The notes beneath the pieces are model-generated. The model was not told where the DNA came from, did not search any database, and worked only from the letters and a program-made list of their open reading frames with translations. From a virus (taxonomy: Duplodnaviria > Caudoviricetes): a DNA stretch of 52,850 nucleotides. Below are positions 18,274 through 26,487 of this stretch, piece after piece (position 1 is the stretch's first letter; every line of letters starts with the position of its first letter). The DNA lies in the IMG/VR virus record IMGVR_UViG_3300048930_000349, positions 1-52,850 of that record. One strand, written 5' to 3'. The translations under genes were made by a program, and so were the position numbers.

Positions 18274-18840
18274 ATGCCGAGACTGATGACCAAGGAAGAC
18301 CGGGCCGCCTACAAGGCCTCGTTCATCAAGGGCAAGACCAAGATCCAGCCCAAGGGCCTCGAGATCGAGTTCTACCTGGAGGACAAGTTCGGAAAGTTCT
18401 ACCTGATGGCCTTCCAGGGCACCGCCGGGAAGCCCTGCGCTCACTACTCGTTCAAGACCGCGGAGCAGCGGGCCGCCTACATGAAGCGGATGACCGAGAG
18501 TGCCAAGCTCTCCGCGGACTACAAGGCCAAGCGGAAGGCCGAGACCAAGAAGCCCCGGAAGCTCGAGGTTGGCCACATCCTCTATACCTCCTGGGGCTAT
18601 GACCAGACCAACGTCGATTACTACCAGGTCACCGCCTTGAAGGGCGAGACCATGGTCATTGTCCAGAAGCTCGAGCAGAGTTGCCCGGAAACCGGCTTCA
18701 TGTCGGGCAAGGCGCTCCCCGCGGAGAAGCTGATCGGCAAGCCGATCGCCTGCCGGGCCACCGGCGACCGGATCACCGTCGAGGGACATGCCGCCTGGAT
18801 CTGGGACGGCCAGCCCAAGTACTCGAGCTGGTACGCCTGA
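18274..18840 (+). CDS. Conserved early phage protein (SWGYDQTN motif)
   Basis: Strong RBS, strongly GC3-biased codons, ILYTSWGYDQTNVDYYQV. Confidence 0.75.
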   Translation: MPRLMTKEDRAAYKASFIKGKTKIQPKGLEIEFYLEDKFGKFYLMAFQGTAGKPCAHYSFKTAEQRAAYMKRMTESAKLSADYKAKRKAETKKPRKLEVGHILYTSWGYDQTNVDYYQVTALKGETMVIVQKLEQSCPETGFMSGKALPAEKLIGKPIACRATGDRITVEGHAAWIWDGQPKYSSWYA

Positions 18841-18849
18841 GTTGAGAAG

Positions 18850-18869
18850 GCCGCCCCTCCGGGGGCGGC
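18850..18869 (+). terminator. GC hairpin after early gene
   Basis: GCCGCCCC-TCCG-GGGGCGGC stem-loop; no strong U-tract. Confidence 0.35.
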
Positions 18870-18891
18870 TCACTGAACTGAGGAGGAAGAC

Positions 18892-19230
18892 ATGGGCACA
18901 CCACACCCCCCCGGCGCCCCGGCCTGCCGCGATTGCGAGGGCTCAGGCACCATGATCGGCGTCATTGAGCAGGACGGGTTTATCCGCGGGCGCTGGCGCG
19001 AGAGGTGCGACCGCTGCGAGGGCACCGGCTACGAGCCCCAGCCCTACACCTTGAGGCATGAGGCCATCGACTTTCGGATCTGGCGCGACACCCCGAAGCG
19101 GGGCGAGACAGACGCCGGGTGGTGCTTCTCCCGGAGCAGCGGCGGCCATGTGATCGAGACCCGCACCGGCTTTGAAACCCGCGACCAGGCCGAGGAGGCG
19201 GCGCGCACCATGGCCATGGAGGAATCGTGA
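18892..19230 (+). CDS. Hypothetical protein with DnaJ-type CxxCxGxG zinc-finger repeats
   Basis: CRDCEGSG and CDRCEGTG; GAGGAGG RBS. Confidence 0.65.
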   Translation: MGTPHPPGAPACRDCEGSGTMIGVIEQDGFIRGRWRERCDRCEGTGYEPQPYTLRHEAIDFRIWRDTPKRGETDAGWCFSRSSGGHVIETRTGFETRDQAEEAARTMAMEES

Positions 19231-19391
19231 TGGACAACAGCTCAACACAGGCCCTCGAGGACGCGCTGCGCTGGCAGGAGTACATCGCCAGGGCCGGAAA
19301 GACCCCGGAACGGCGGGAGGTGGCTCTGGAACGGATCAAGCGACTCAAGGCCTGCCTCGAGATCCGCAAGGGGTTCCTGGACGGCCGCTAA
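19230..19391 (+). CDS. Small hypothetical protein (53 aa)
   Basis: GGAGGA RBS, TGATG coupling, MDNSSTQALEDALRW; below the ORF-track cutoff. Confidence 0.55.
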   Translation: MDNSSTQALEDALRWQEYIARAGKTPERREVALERIKRLKACLEIRKGFLDGR

Positions 19392-19419
19392 GTGCGACCG
19401 CCTGCCACACCTCGGCATG

Positions 19420-19481
19420 AACATTTTCTGTTGACGTATGAACCGAAAATGATCATCTTCGAGGTGCAAGAGAGGAGATAC
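19420..19481 (+). promoter_or_regulatory. Early promoter/RBS cassette copy 3
   Basis: AACATTTTCTGTTGACG-N17-CATCTT...TGCAAGAGAGGAGATAC. Confidence 0.75.
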
Positions 19482-19483
19482 CA

Positions 19484-19678
19484 ATGATCAAGATCGTCCA
19501 CAACAAGTTGCTCGGCGGCTGGTACATCGTCCGCGGCCCCCACCAGGCCCCGATCGGCGGCCGCTTCGATAGCAAGGCCGAGGCCCGGGCGGCGCTGGCC
19601 GCCCGGCGGAAGCGCGATCGGGAGGACGAGGCCGCCCTGAATGATTTCAACTATGTCGGATCCCGGCATCATTACTGA
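19484..19678 (+). CDS. Early hypothetical protein
   Basis: Directly follows cassette RBS. Confidence 0.7.
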   Translation: MIKIVHNKLLGGWYIVRGPHQAPIGGRFDSKAEARAALAARRKRDREDEAALNDFNYVGSRHHY

Positions 19679-19690
19679 GGAGAAAGCTAG

Positions 19691-19954
19691 ATGAGTGAAG
19701 TCCAAGCCTTTGACGCCCGCCGCTACCCGATGCCCCAGGGCGAGGAGATCGGCGGCGCCATCCTGCTCACCGTCCTCGTCAAGCGAGTCGAGGGCACGGT
19801 GAAGGCCTACGCGGCCATCGTCCCCGACACCTCGAGGCAGGATCCGCAATACCGCGAGCCCGGCCAGTGGGTCCGCCGGAACGGCAACCCGCTTTCCTAC
19901 CGCGAGGCGATCAAGGTCTGGCCGGGGCTCGAGGCAGGGGAGTATGCGCGATGA
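19691..19954 (+). CDS. Early hypothetical protein
   Basis: GAGGAG RBS. Confidence 0.65.
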   Translation: MSEVQAFDARRYPMPQGEEIGGAILLTVLVKRVEGTVKAYAAIVPDTSRQDPQYREPGQWVRRNGNPLSYREAIKVWPGLEAGEYAR

Positions 19955-20136
19955 AATGGCGGGAGGGGCACGGCGGCCCCTTCCTCCGCACCGCCTGGGG
20001 GACGATCGTCGCCCGGGTGAACCACACCGGCCAGCTCTGGCGCGGCACCGTCTGGACCCGATCGGGATCCTCGAGCACCACCTGGCACTCGCTCACGGAG
20101 GCCATCGACTGGTGCGAGGGGGAGCTGGGCCGATGA
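19951..20136 (+). CDS. Trp-rich early hypothetical protein
   Basis: ATGA coupling at both ends, MKWREGHGG. Confidence 0.6.
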   Translation: MKWREGHGGPFLRTAWGTIVARVNHTGQLWRGTVWTRSGSSSTTWHSLTEAIDWCEGELGR

Positions 20137-20588
20137 GGTGGCAGCTCGAGCACCGCCCGGAGAACCGGGAAGGCCACCGCGCCTTGCGGCCCTGGCGGGT
20201 GCTGGACGGCAGCGGACGATTATTCCGGGCCTACACCACCCACCAGATCGCCATCGCCGCCCTCGACCTCCTGCAGGACGGGGCACCCTATTCCAGACAT
20301 GACATCTACAGGAGGATTGGAACCATGGGCCCCAAGGCCGCCACCGTCGCCAAGGTGAAGGAGCTGGAGCGCGAGCGCCATCTGATGAACCTGGCCAACC
20401 GCTATCTCAAAGCCGGGCACCCCGAGCGCCTGGGCGAGATCGGCCTCCCCCAGGCCGAGATCCGGCGCCTCATCAAGGCCGGAGGCTACAGCTCGGCCGA
20501 GCTGACGCGAATGCGCGATCTGCTCCGCTACTATCGCCACAAGTCCAAGCGCCGTCTATGGCTCCCGGATCCTGGAGGAAAGCAATGA
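20133..20588 (+). CDS. Hypothetical protein (possible internal start MGPK)
   Basis: ATGA coupling; internal AGGAGG RBS at about 20309. Confidence 0.55.
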   Translation: MRWQLEHRPENREGHRALRPWRVLDGSGRLFRAYTTHQIAIAALDLLQDGAPYSRHDIYRRIGTMGPKAATVAKVKELERERHLMNLANRYLKAGHPERLGEIGLPQAEIRRLIKAGGYSSAELTRMRDLLRYYRHKSKRRLWLPDPGGKQ

Positions 20589-20866
20589 TCCCCTCGTTTC
20601 TCGCCGTGTGCATCTCGGCCGCCCTGCCCTATTCCCTGACGCTGGGAGACCAGACCACGCAGGGCACCATCGTCTATCGGACCCCGCCCCATTGTGCGGC
20701 CGGGATGCTCCCCGAGCGGCAGGGCCCGCCCGCTCCCACGGCGGCGGCGCCAGCGGCCAAGTCCGCGGCGGCCGCTACCCCTGCCAAGGCCAAGAAGAAG
20801 GCCGCCCAGCGCCCCTGCAAGAAGGGCAGGACGCGGAACTCACGCGGGGTCTGCGGGCGCTGGTAA
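20585..20866 (+). CDS. Hypothetical protein, hydrophobic N-terminus and basic Ala/Lys C-terminus
   Basis: GGAGG RBS, ATGA coupling. Confidence 0.5.
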   Translation: MIPSFLAVCISAALPYSLTLGDQTTQGTIVYRTPPHCAAGMLPERQGPPAPTAAAPAAKSAAAATPAKAKKKAAQRPCKKGRTRNSRGVCGRW

Positions 20867-21088
20867 GGGGGATTCCGGGGTCGCGGCCAGTACCCAGGCG
20901 CGATTATCCCGGAGCCAGGTCAGTGTCGTGAATGCAGCTTCCAGCCGGGCGAGGTGCTCATCCGCCTCGCCCTGGCGCATTTTGCCCTGTGCAACCATGC
21001 GCGGATAGACGTTGCGCCGGAGGCCGATCTCCCGGCCCACCTCGCTGATCTGTTGCTCGAGGGGGATTTTGCGCTTTTCCGTGCTCAT
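20840..21088 (-). CDS. Conserved hypothetical phage protein
   Basis: EQQISEVGREIGLRRNVYPRMVAQGKM motif. Confidence 0.7.
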   Translation of the reverse strand: MSTEKRKIPLEQQISEVGREIGLRRNVYPRMVAQGKMRQGEADEHLARLEAAFTTLTWLRDNRAWVLAATPESPLPAPADPA

Positions 21089-21474
21089 GGCTGCTTCGGC
21101 CCCAGCAGGGCCGCCACCTGGGCTGCGCGCCGCTCCATATCCTCCGGCGAGAGGTGCGCCCAGCGCTGCCGCTCCTCGGCCTCGGCCTTGCGGCGGTCGT
21201 GCTCGCGCAGCATCCACTGAGCCGTGAGTTGGATGGTCTGTCGGCGCAACCGTTCGGCGGCGATTGCCTCATTGACCTCGGCCACGGTCGGCAAAAACTT
21301 GCACCGGCTGGGCAGGCCATTGATCGGGTCCACCACCCGGCGCACAAAGTCAGGATCCGATGCCATGAACACCGCCGTGAGGGCCCGGGCATAGGTCTCC
21401 GGGTCATGAGGCGGTCGGGCTGGGTACATGCCGAGCAACATCTTGACGGCCTCGGCGGCCTCAACCTCCGACAT
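21085..21474 (-). CDS. Putative helicase loader / replication accessory protein (start uncertain)
   Basis: DPETYARAL...CKFLPTVAEV motif; immediately downstream of the initiator gene. Confidence 0.55.
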   Translation of the reverse strand: MSEVEAAEAVKMLLGMYPARPPHDPETYARALTAVFMASDPDFVRRVVDPINGLPSRCKFLPTVAEVNEAIAAERLRRQTIQLTAQWMLREHDRRKAEAEERQRWAHLSPEDMERRAAQVAALLGPKQP

Positions 21475-21520
21475 CAGCCGCGCACCGCGGCGTTCGATCT
21501 CCGAGAGCACGGCCTCGCAG

Positions 21521-22408
21521 TCAGTACGAGACAGCAGGATCGTGTTCGATCCAATCACCCTCTCCGATTCCTTGATCAGGTGCTCGATCGCCAACGCGAG
21601 CCTTGGCCTCCCGGATGAGATCGTCGCAGGCGTCCATAAGCTCGGACTGCTTCCGCCGTCCGGTGCCGGTTGTGTATTCATCTTTCCATCCTTCCTGAGT
21701 GATCCACGTTTGAGCCTGTTTGACGTACTGCGTGCCGATCTTCCCGGTTGCCGTGAGGTGTGCGGCATAGGCCCGAGCCGCCCCGATCAGCACCTCCTCG
21801 GGAATCCCGGCGGCGACAAGGGCGGTATATTTCCGCTCCGCCACCGGCCAGCCCTGTCCCCCCTCGCGTTTGGGATAGGCCGCCCTGAATTCGAGCCATC
21901 GCCCGGCCTTGGCCTTCCGCTCCACCGCCTCGGCCCTGAGTGCCGCCACACCGCGAGGCTCGGGAGCAGGGCGGAGTTCCACCACCGTCGCGGGGGATAT
22001 AGGGGGTTTCCCCCTATCTATATCTCTATCTCTATGGTTCGATTTCGGTTCAGGCCTCTGTTCGTCTAAGGCATTTGTTTTGCTGCGAGCAATACCAGAC
22101 TTGCGGCCTTTGCTAGCGTTTACGTCCGCCGCAGCTACGGCTTGGCTAAGTACCAAGCTAGCCGTTACGTTCCTGATATATCCACCCTCAAGTTGGATCT
22201 TCTCCAGATCAATCAGCCGGGCTTTGATGCGCCGCCACACCCGCAGATCGCAGCCCATGTGTCCGGCCAGGAATCGGTCATCGTCGCGCACCAGGTTGTC
22301 GGACCTATAGATGAGGTCGAGCACCGTGTTGTAGGCACCACGTTCCTCGAGAGTGAGGATTTGCATGCCCCGGAGTGCCGCCTCCGGGTCGCGCTTGTAC
22401 CACTTCAT
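21521..22408 (-). CDS. DUF1376/YdaU-like replication initiator
   Basis: MKWYKRDP...LTLEERGAYNTVLDLIY N-terminus; FRAAYPKR...YVKQAQTWI C-terminal domain. Confidence 0.8.
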   Translation of the reverse strand: MKWYKRDPEAALRGMQILTLEERGAYNTVLDLIYRSDNLVRDDDRFLAGHMGCDLRVWRRIKARLIDLEKIQLEGGYIRNVTASLVLSQAVAAADVNASKGRKSGIARSKTNALDEQRPEPKSNHRDRDIDRGKPPISPATVVELRPAPEPRGVAALRAEAVERKAKAGRWLEFRAAYPKREGGQGWPVAERKYTALVAAGIPEEVLIGAARAYAAHLTATGKIGTQYVKQAQTWITQEGWKDEYTTGTGRRKQSELMDACDDLIREAKARVGDRAPDQGIGEGDWIEHDPAVSY

Positions 22409-22704
22409 GGCTGGGCCTTTCTCTTGCGAAGGAACGGTTCAGCCGCGCGAAGAATCATGTTCACCACGGTGATGGGTATGTCGAGATCGCGGGAGATCAG
22501 ACGAGGAGATCGCCCGGTGTTTCTCATCACGCATACCGCAACGGCTGCGGCCGGAGGACATTCAATAGTTCTGGCCACATAGAGGTATTTGTCCAAGCGG
22601 CGAAAGGTTGATTTCGGCGCTGCCTTCGGTATAGTCCGTCCCATCGGCGTTGATTTCCTCTTGCAAACAGTTGTCCGTCGATCTGGGCCCGGGCTGACCG
22701 TCAT
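22405..22704 (-). CDS. Hypothetical protein, possible HTH
   Basis: SPRLISRDLDIPITVVNMIL; ATGA coupling. Confidence 0.45.
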   Translation of the reverse strand: MTVSPGPDRRTTVCKRKSTPMGRTIPKAAPKSTFRRLDKYLYVARTIECPPAAAVAVCVMRNTGRSPRLISRDLDIPITVVNMILRAAEPFLRKRKAQP

Positions 22705-22729
22705 CAGCGCCGGGCCTTTTCTCTACTCG

Positions 22730-23023
22730 CTACTCTCGCCCGTTGCGGCTGGCTGTGTCAAGGCGAGCCTTGAGCGCATAAACGAGCTTTACATTCGCGC
22801 CATAGTAGCCGGTTCGGCAATAGATCTCCTTGGCGATGTCGGCCGCCGAATGGTCCGCCCACATCTCCCGGACGGTGGCCAGCGCGGTGTCGAGATACCA
22901 GGCATCGATGTGGGCCTCGGTGTCCGCAAATCGCCCCTTGGGCGGGCGCCGGTGGCGGGTGACCGGCGGGCTCTGGGTGACGCCGGTGGCGGGTTTATAG
23001 GGGGGGATGATCGGGATCTTCAT
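22730..23023 (-). CDS. Hypothetical protein
   Basis: ATGA coupling with the MTase gene. Confidence 0.55.
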   Translation of the reverse strand: MKIPIIPPYKPATGVTQSPPVTRHRRPPKGRFADTEAHIDAWYLDTALATVREMWADHSAADIAKEIYCRTGYYGANVKLVYALKARLDTASRNGRE

Positions 23024-25272
23024 TTCAGGGCCTCCACGATTCTCCGGCCGATCCAGCGCATACAGGGCACGGCCATCGAGTTGCCGAGCGCCTTGTACCT
23101 CGGGCCGTCAGGGGCCTCTGGCTTCCCGCGCCACGGGATGTTGGTGTAGCCGTACTCTCGCACGATTTGCCCGATGCGGCCCTTCGTGAGGCCGTAGCGT
23201 TCGGCAAGTTCTGAATAGCTTACTCCCCCAGCTTGGTATTCCAGAAAGATACGTTCTCGGACCTTGACCGTTGCCTTGGTCAGAGGGTGGTCATCCTTGT
23301 GGTACAGCCCGTCATCGCGTGCCTTGTATGAGTTCTCGCGGGCCGTCAGCAGTTGAAGGTTGGCAATGCGATTGTCGGTCTTGTCGTTGTTGATGTGGTC
23401 GATCACCAGCCCATCTGGGGGCATGCCGTTTTCGGCTATCCAGATTACGCGGTGCAGATAGACTTGCTTGCGAACCTTTCCCACACACACTGACGCCACG
23501 ATGTAACCGCCTTTTCCTACGCCGCCGATCTCCACGGGAGTGATTGGAACCCCGCCGGGGCCTCGCGTGCAATAGGCCTTGCCAAGACCAGTGTCAGCCG
23601 TGATGTGCCCTGCGGCCAAGGCCAAGGCGATGATTTCGTCGCGTGTCATGTCATCCTCTGGAAATTCTACAACCGAAGGAAATCCCTGCAGTCTTTCGCA
23701 CTCGACGGGGGTCAGGCGGCGCACGGCCATGTGCTGGTGAAGCATCTGCCCGTCCATCTGTGTCTTGACCGGCTTGGCGATGCCGCTGTCGTCATAGCCG
23801 ATGGTGCCCTTGCCCTTCATGCTCGACTGCTGAAAGGTCGCCGCCAGCACATGCGGCTTGTCGCCACCGCCTTGGGAGGCTCTGAGCGCGTTCTGGATGT
23901 CGCCGCCCAGCTCTGCGGTGCCGCCGCCATCGCGGCCACGGAGGGAGACCGACAGCGCCACACCATGCTGCGCCCCGGCCTGCAGCGTGAACATCGGATC
24001 TCCGTCCTGCCCGATGCCGATGCCGGCGCGCGGGTCATCGGTCGAGACGCCTGTGCGCTTGCCGACCTCGAGGAGTGGCACGGCCACCGCCATCTGTCCG
24101 CCGCCATTGGCGTGGCTGCCGTGATGCGGCATCGCTCGCAGAGTCGGCGAAAGATCCTCAGAGGCATCGGCGCCGTGATCCTTGGCCGAGAAGGCGACCG
24201 GCACCAGCGGCGTACCTCTGCCCGTACCATCTTCACTGCCATCGAAGCCCTCGCCGCGAAGCGCGTGGGTGACCAGCGTCTCGGTCTCGTAATCCTGTCG
24301 CCCCATGCCGCCGGCGTTGAGGCAGTGGGAGATATCGCCGGTCGAGGCCTCGCCGACGAGTCCCGCGCCGCGCTGGCTGAAGAGCTCCTGGTTGCTGTAA
24401 CCGATGGCCCCGGTATTGAACGACTGGTTCAAGGTCGGATGGGGATTCTCCATCCCGTCCCAGTGACTGCGCTGCCCCGTGCCGCCATGCACCAGGGTGT
24501 CCGCCTTGGCGATGCTGTCCTGCGCCCGCAGGGTCGCTCCTAGGCCGCTGCTGTCGGACCACCATCCGCTGCCGCTACTGACCGAAGCGCGGCATTCAGT
24601 GCCGGAGGCAGCGTCTTGCCCCGTTTCTCGGCGCGGCGGAGTATCCCGGCGCAGGCCTTCGAACTCAAGAAGAATCGCTGCGGGATCGAACCCTGCTCGA
24701 GCACTTGCGACAACGAACACACGACGGCGGCGTTGGGCCAGTCCGAAATATTGGGCATCGAGGATCCGCCACGCGATTGCTCGCGCGGGTCCAAGAGCCA
24801 CACCCGCGTTCGTCCATTTTCCCCCTGTCGGGAGGAGTGGGGCATCCTCTCCAGCCAGTGCTGCGAGGAAGCATCCGAAGGCGTTGTCCTTGACGGAGAG
24901 GACGCCGGGGACGTTCTCCCAGACGGCGATGACTGGGGGCCTTCCGGCGGCGGATCGAACATCGTCAATTGCATCTGCGAGCCTCACATATTCGAGTGAA
25001 AGGTTGCCGCGGTCATCCGCGAGGGAGTTGCGTAATCCGGCCACACTGAAGGCCTGGCAGGGGGTGCCGCCGACGAGGACATCGGCGTCCACGATCCACG
25101 GCTGGTCCTTGAGCACGGTGAAATCCCCATGCAGCGGAACGTGCGGGTAATGGTGGGCGAGGAGGGCGCGCGGGAAGGGTTCGATGTCCGCGAAGGCCAA
25201 GGGCTCCCAGCCCAGCGGGTGCCACGCCACGGTGGCGGCCTCGATGCCGGAGCATACGGATAGGTATTTCAT
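23020..25272 (-). CDS. C5-cytosine DNA methyltransferase with long variable region and in-frame HNH insertion
   Basis: Motif I SVCSGIE, IV GGTPCQAFS, VI WENVPG, VIII QRRRRVF, IX RRLTPVECERLQGFP, X RYKALGNSMAVP. Confidence 0.92.
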   Translation of the reverse strand: MKYLSVCSGIEAATVAWHPLGWEPLAFADIEPFPRALLAHHYPHVPLHGDFTVLKDQPWIVDADVLVGGTPCQAFSVAGLRNSLADDRGNLSLEYVRLADAIDDVRSAAGRPPVIAVWENVPGVLSVKDNAFGCFLAALAGEDAPLLPTGGKWTNAGVALGPARAIAWRILDAQYFGLAQRRRRVFVVASARAGFDPAAILLEFEGLRRDTPPRRETGQDAASGTECRASVSSGSGWWSDSSGLGATLRAQDSIAKADTLVHGGTGQRSHWDGMENPHPTLNQSFNTGAIGYSNQELFSQRGAGLVGEASTGDISHCLNAGGMGRQDYETETLVTHALRGEGFDGSEDGTGRGTPLVPVAFSAKDHGADASEDLSPTLRAMPHHGSHANGGGQMAVAVPLLEVGKRTGVSTDDPRAGIGIGQDGDPMFTLQAGAQHGVALSVSLRGRDGGGTAELGGDIQNALRASQGGGDKPHVLAATFQQSSMKGKGTIGYDDSGIAKPVKTQMDGQMLHQHMAVRRLTPVECERLQGFPSVVEFPEDDMTRDEIIALALAAGHITADTGLGKAYCTRGPGGVPITPVEIGGVGKGGYIVASVCVGKVRKQVYLHRVIWIAENGMPPDGLVIDHINNDKTDNRIANLQLLTARENSYKARDDGLYHKDDHPLTKATVKVRERIFLEYQAGGVSYSELAERYGLTKGRIGQIVREYGYTNIPWRGKPEAPDGPRYKALGNSMAVPCMRWIGRRIVEALK
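23152..23676 (-). mobile_element. In-frame HNH homing-endonuclease insertion inside the MTase gene
   Basis: LHRVIW...IDHINNDKTDNRIANLQLLTAREN plus C-terminal HTH, between QGFP and GYTNIPW; more A/T-ending codons. Confidence 0.8.
24540..24974 (-). CDS. Nested alternative-frame protein resembling the M.EcoHK31I-type beta polypeptide
   Basis: GAGG RBS then ATG; CSLSQVLEQGSIPQRFFLSSKACAGILRRAEKRGKTLP motif. Confidence 0.65.
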   Translation of the reverse strand: MQLTMFDPPPEGPQSSPSGRTSPASSPSRTTPSDASSQHWLERMPHSSRQGENGRTRVWLLDPREQSRGGSSMPNISDWPNAAVVCSLSQVLEQGSIPQRFFLSSKACAGILRRAEKRGKTLPPALNAALRSVAAADGGPTAAA

Positions 25273-25880
25273 GCATCCCTCCGCAACCATGAGATCTCCG
25301 GCCGCCCGTCGAAATCAATCTGCCACACGTACCATGCGAAGTCTTCCTTGCCGTTGCCCGGCTTCTCGCCAGCGTCGATGACATGGCCGGGCGGCATCGA
25401 CGGTCGGGGGGATAGGATCCACACCCGGCGGAGCGGGGATTGCTCGAGCCAGTGCGAGCGCTCGGCGCCGGTTAGCCAGGAGAGGGGCAGGAGCAGGGCC
25501 ACCTTGCGCTCGGCCCGCTCGAGGCAGCGCTCCACGAAGGGGCGGGTTCCGGCGCGGCGATCGTCGCACAGCTTGAAGGGGGGGTTGCTGACGATGTTCT
25601 CGAAGCGCTCGGAACAAGCCTCGAGCCAGTCGCGTTCTGTTCCGACGAGAGCCGGGTTGCGAATCACCAGATCCGAACCCTCAACCCGGTAGCCCGCGGC
25701 CAGGGCGGAGCGGAGGATGGCCCCGCTCCCGGCCGCGGGGTCGAGGATGCCGCCCCGGAACGGCTCCACGTGGAACAGGCGCTCGGAGCACCAGTCCGGT
25801 TCGCGGTAGTAATCATAGGGGTCGCGCTTCCACACCTTGGCATCGCGCGTGCGGAGTGCGCCCGCTGGTAGATCTGTCAT
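25269..25880 (-). CDS. Amino (N6-adenine-type) DNA methyltransferase
   Basis: ILDPAAGSG (motif I) and IVSNPPF (motif IV). Confidence 0.85.
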   Translation of the reverse strand: MTDLPAGALRTRDAKVWKRDPYDYYREPDWCSERLFHVEPFRGGILDPAAGSGAILRSALAAGYRVEGSDLVIRNPALVGTERDWLEACSERFENIVSNPPFKLCDDRRAGTRPFVERCLERAERKVALLLPLSWLTGAERSHWLEQSPLRRVWILSPRPSMPPGHVIDAGEKPGNGKEDFAWYVWQIDFDGRPEISWLRRDA

Positions 25881-25900
25881 GTGCCGCCGTCCTCTTGTTG

Positions 25901-26101
25901 TCAGGCCTTGCCCATTTGCTTGCGCCGCCGGGCCATCTCGCGCTCGCCCTGGTGCGGCATGTAGCGAGAGGTGCGCTTGGCATATTCCCGCTTCTGGGCT
26001 GTGTCGCGGCCAATCCAGTGGTGGGCCGAGGTGGGGGCCATCTGCGCGATGGAGGCGCTGAGAGCGGACATTAGTGAGGGCAACATGTAGGCGTGACGCA
26101 T
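25901..26101 (-). CDS. Hypothetical protein
   Basis: AAAGGA RBS; SRYMPHQGEREMARR. Confidence 0.55.
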   Translation of the reverse strand: MRHAYMLPSLMSALSASIAQMAPTSAHHWIGRDTAQKREYAKRTSRYMPHQGEREMARRRKQMGKA

Positions 26102-26113
26102 CAGTGTTTCCTT

Positions 26114-26302
26114 TCAGTTCTGGTTGTGGATCATGGTGATCACGTCGCCATAGGCGCCGATGAGCCGGGCCCATTCCTCGCGGGTCAGGGCCACGGAAAC
26201 GATGTTCTGGCCCGCCTCGGTGATGACGAGGTGCGCCTGCTTGCAGCTCGAGCACACCGCAACGGAAACCCCCGGGCGCTTCTCCCCGTGCTGGTGGGTC
26301 AT
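26114..26302 (-). CDS. Small CxxC protein
   Basis: CSSCKQAH; ATGA coupling; resembles its neighbour. Confidence 0.55.
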   Translation of the reverse strand: MTHQHGEKRPGVSVAVCSSCKQAHLVITEAGQNIVSVALTREEWARLIGAYGDVITMIHNQN

Positions 26303-26487
26303 TGCAGATCCGCCCCGCTCGCCATGCGCCGATAGTCAGCGATGAGCTGCTCCCATTCGGTGTCATAGAGGGCCCAGGTGAAGATCGTATCGCCGTCCGG
26401 GCCGGTGACCGTGAAATGAATCTCCGGGCATTTCTCGCAGCGGCACACGGTCACCTTGCACTCGTCGGGGTCGATCTCTGCCGTCAT
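26299..26487 (-). CDS. Small CxxC protein
   Basis: CRCEKCPEIH; ATGA coupling. Confidence 0.55.
   Translation of the reverse strand: MTAEIDPDECKVTVCRCEKCPEIHFTVTGPDGDTIFTWALYDTEWEQLIADYRRMASGADLQ

Noticed and set aside
23152-23676. Intein or group I intron in the MTase
   Set aside because: No C-terminal His-Asn plus Cys/Ser/Thr junction, no room for splicing domains, and no non-coding structured flanks visible
23020-25880. Restriction-modification system
   Set aside because: No cognate restriction endonuclease; the MTases look like orphan protective enzymes and the HNH is of homing type
25269-26366. 365-aa extended amino-MTase ORF
   Set aside because: The upstream part overlaps real small genes; the RBS supports a start at 25880
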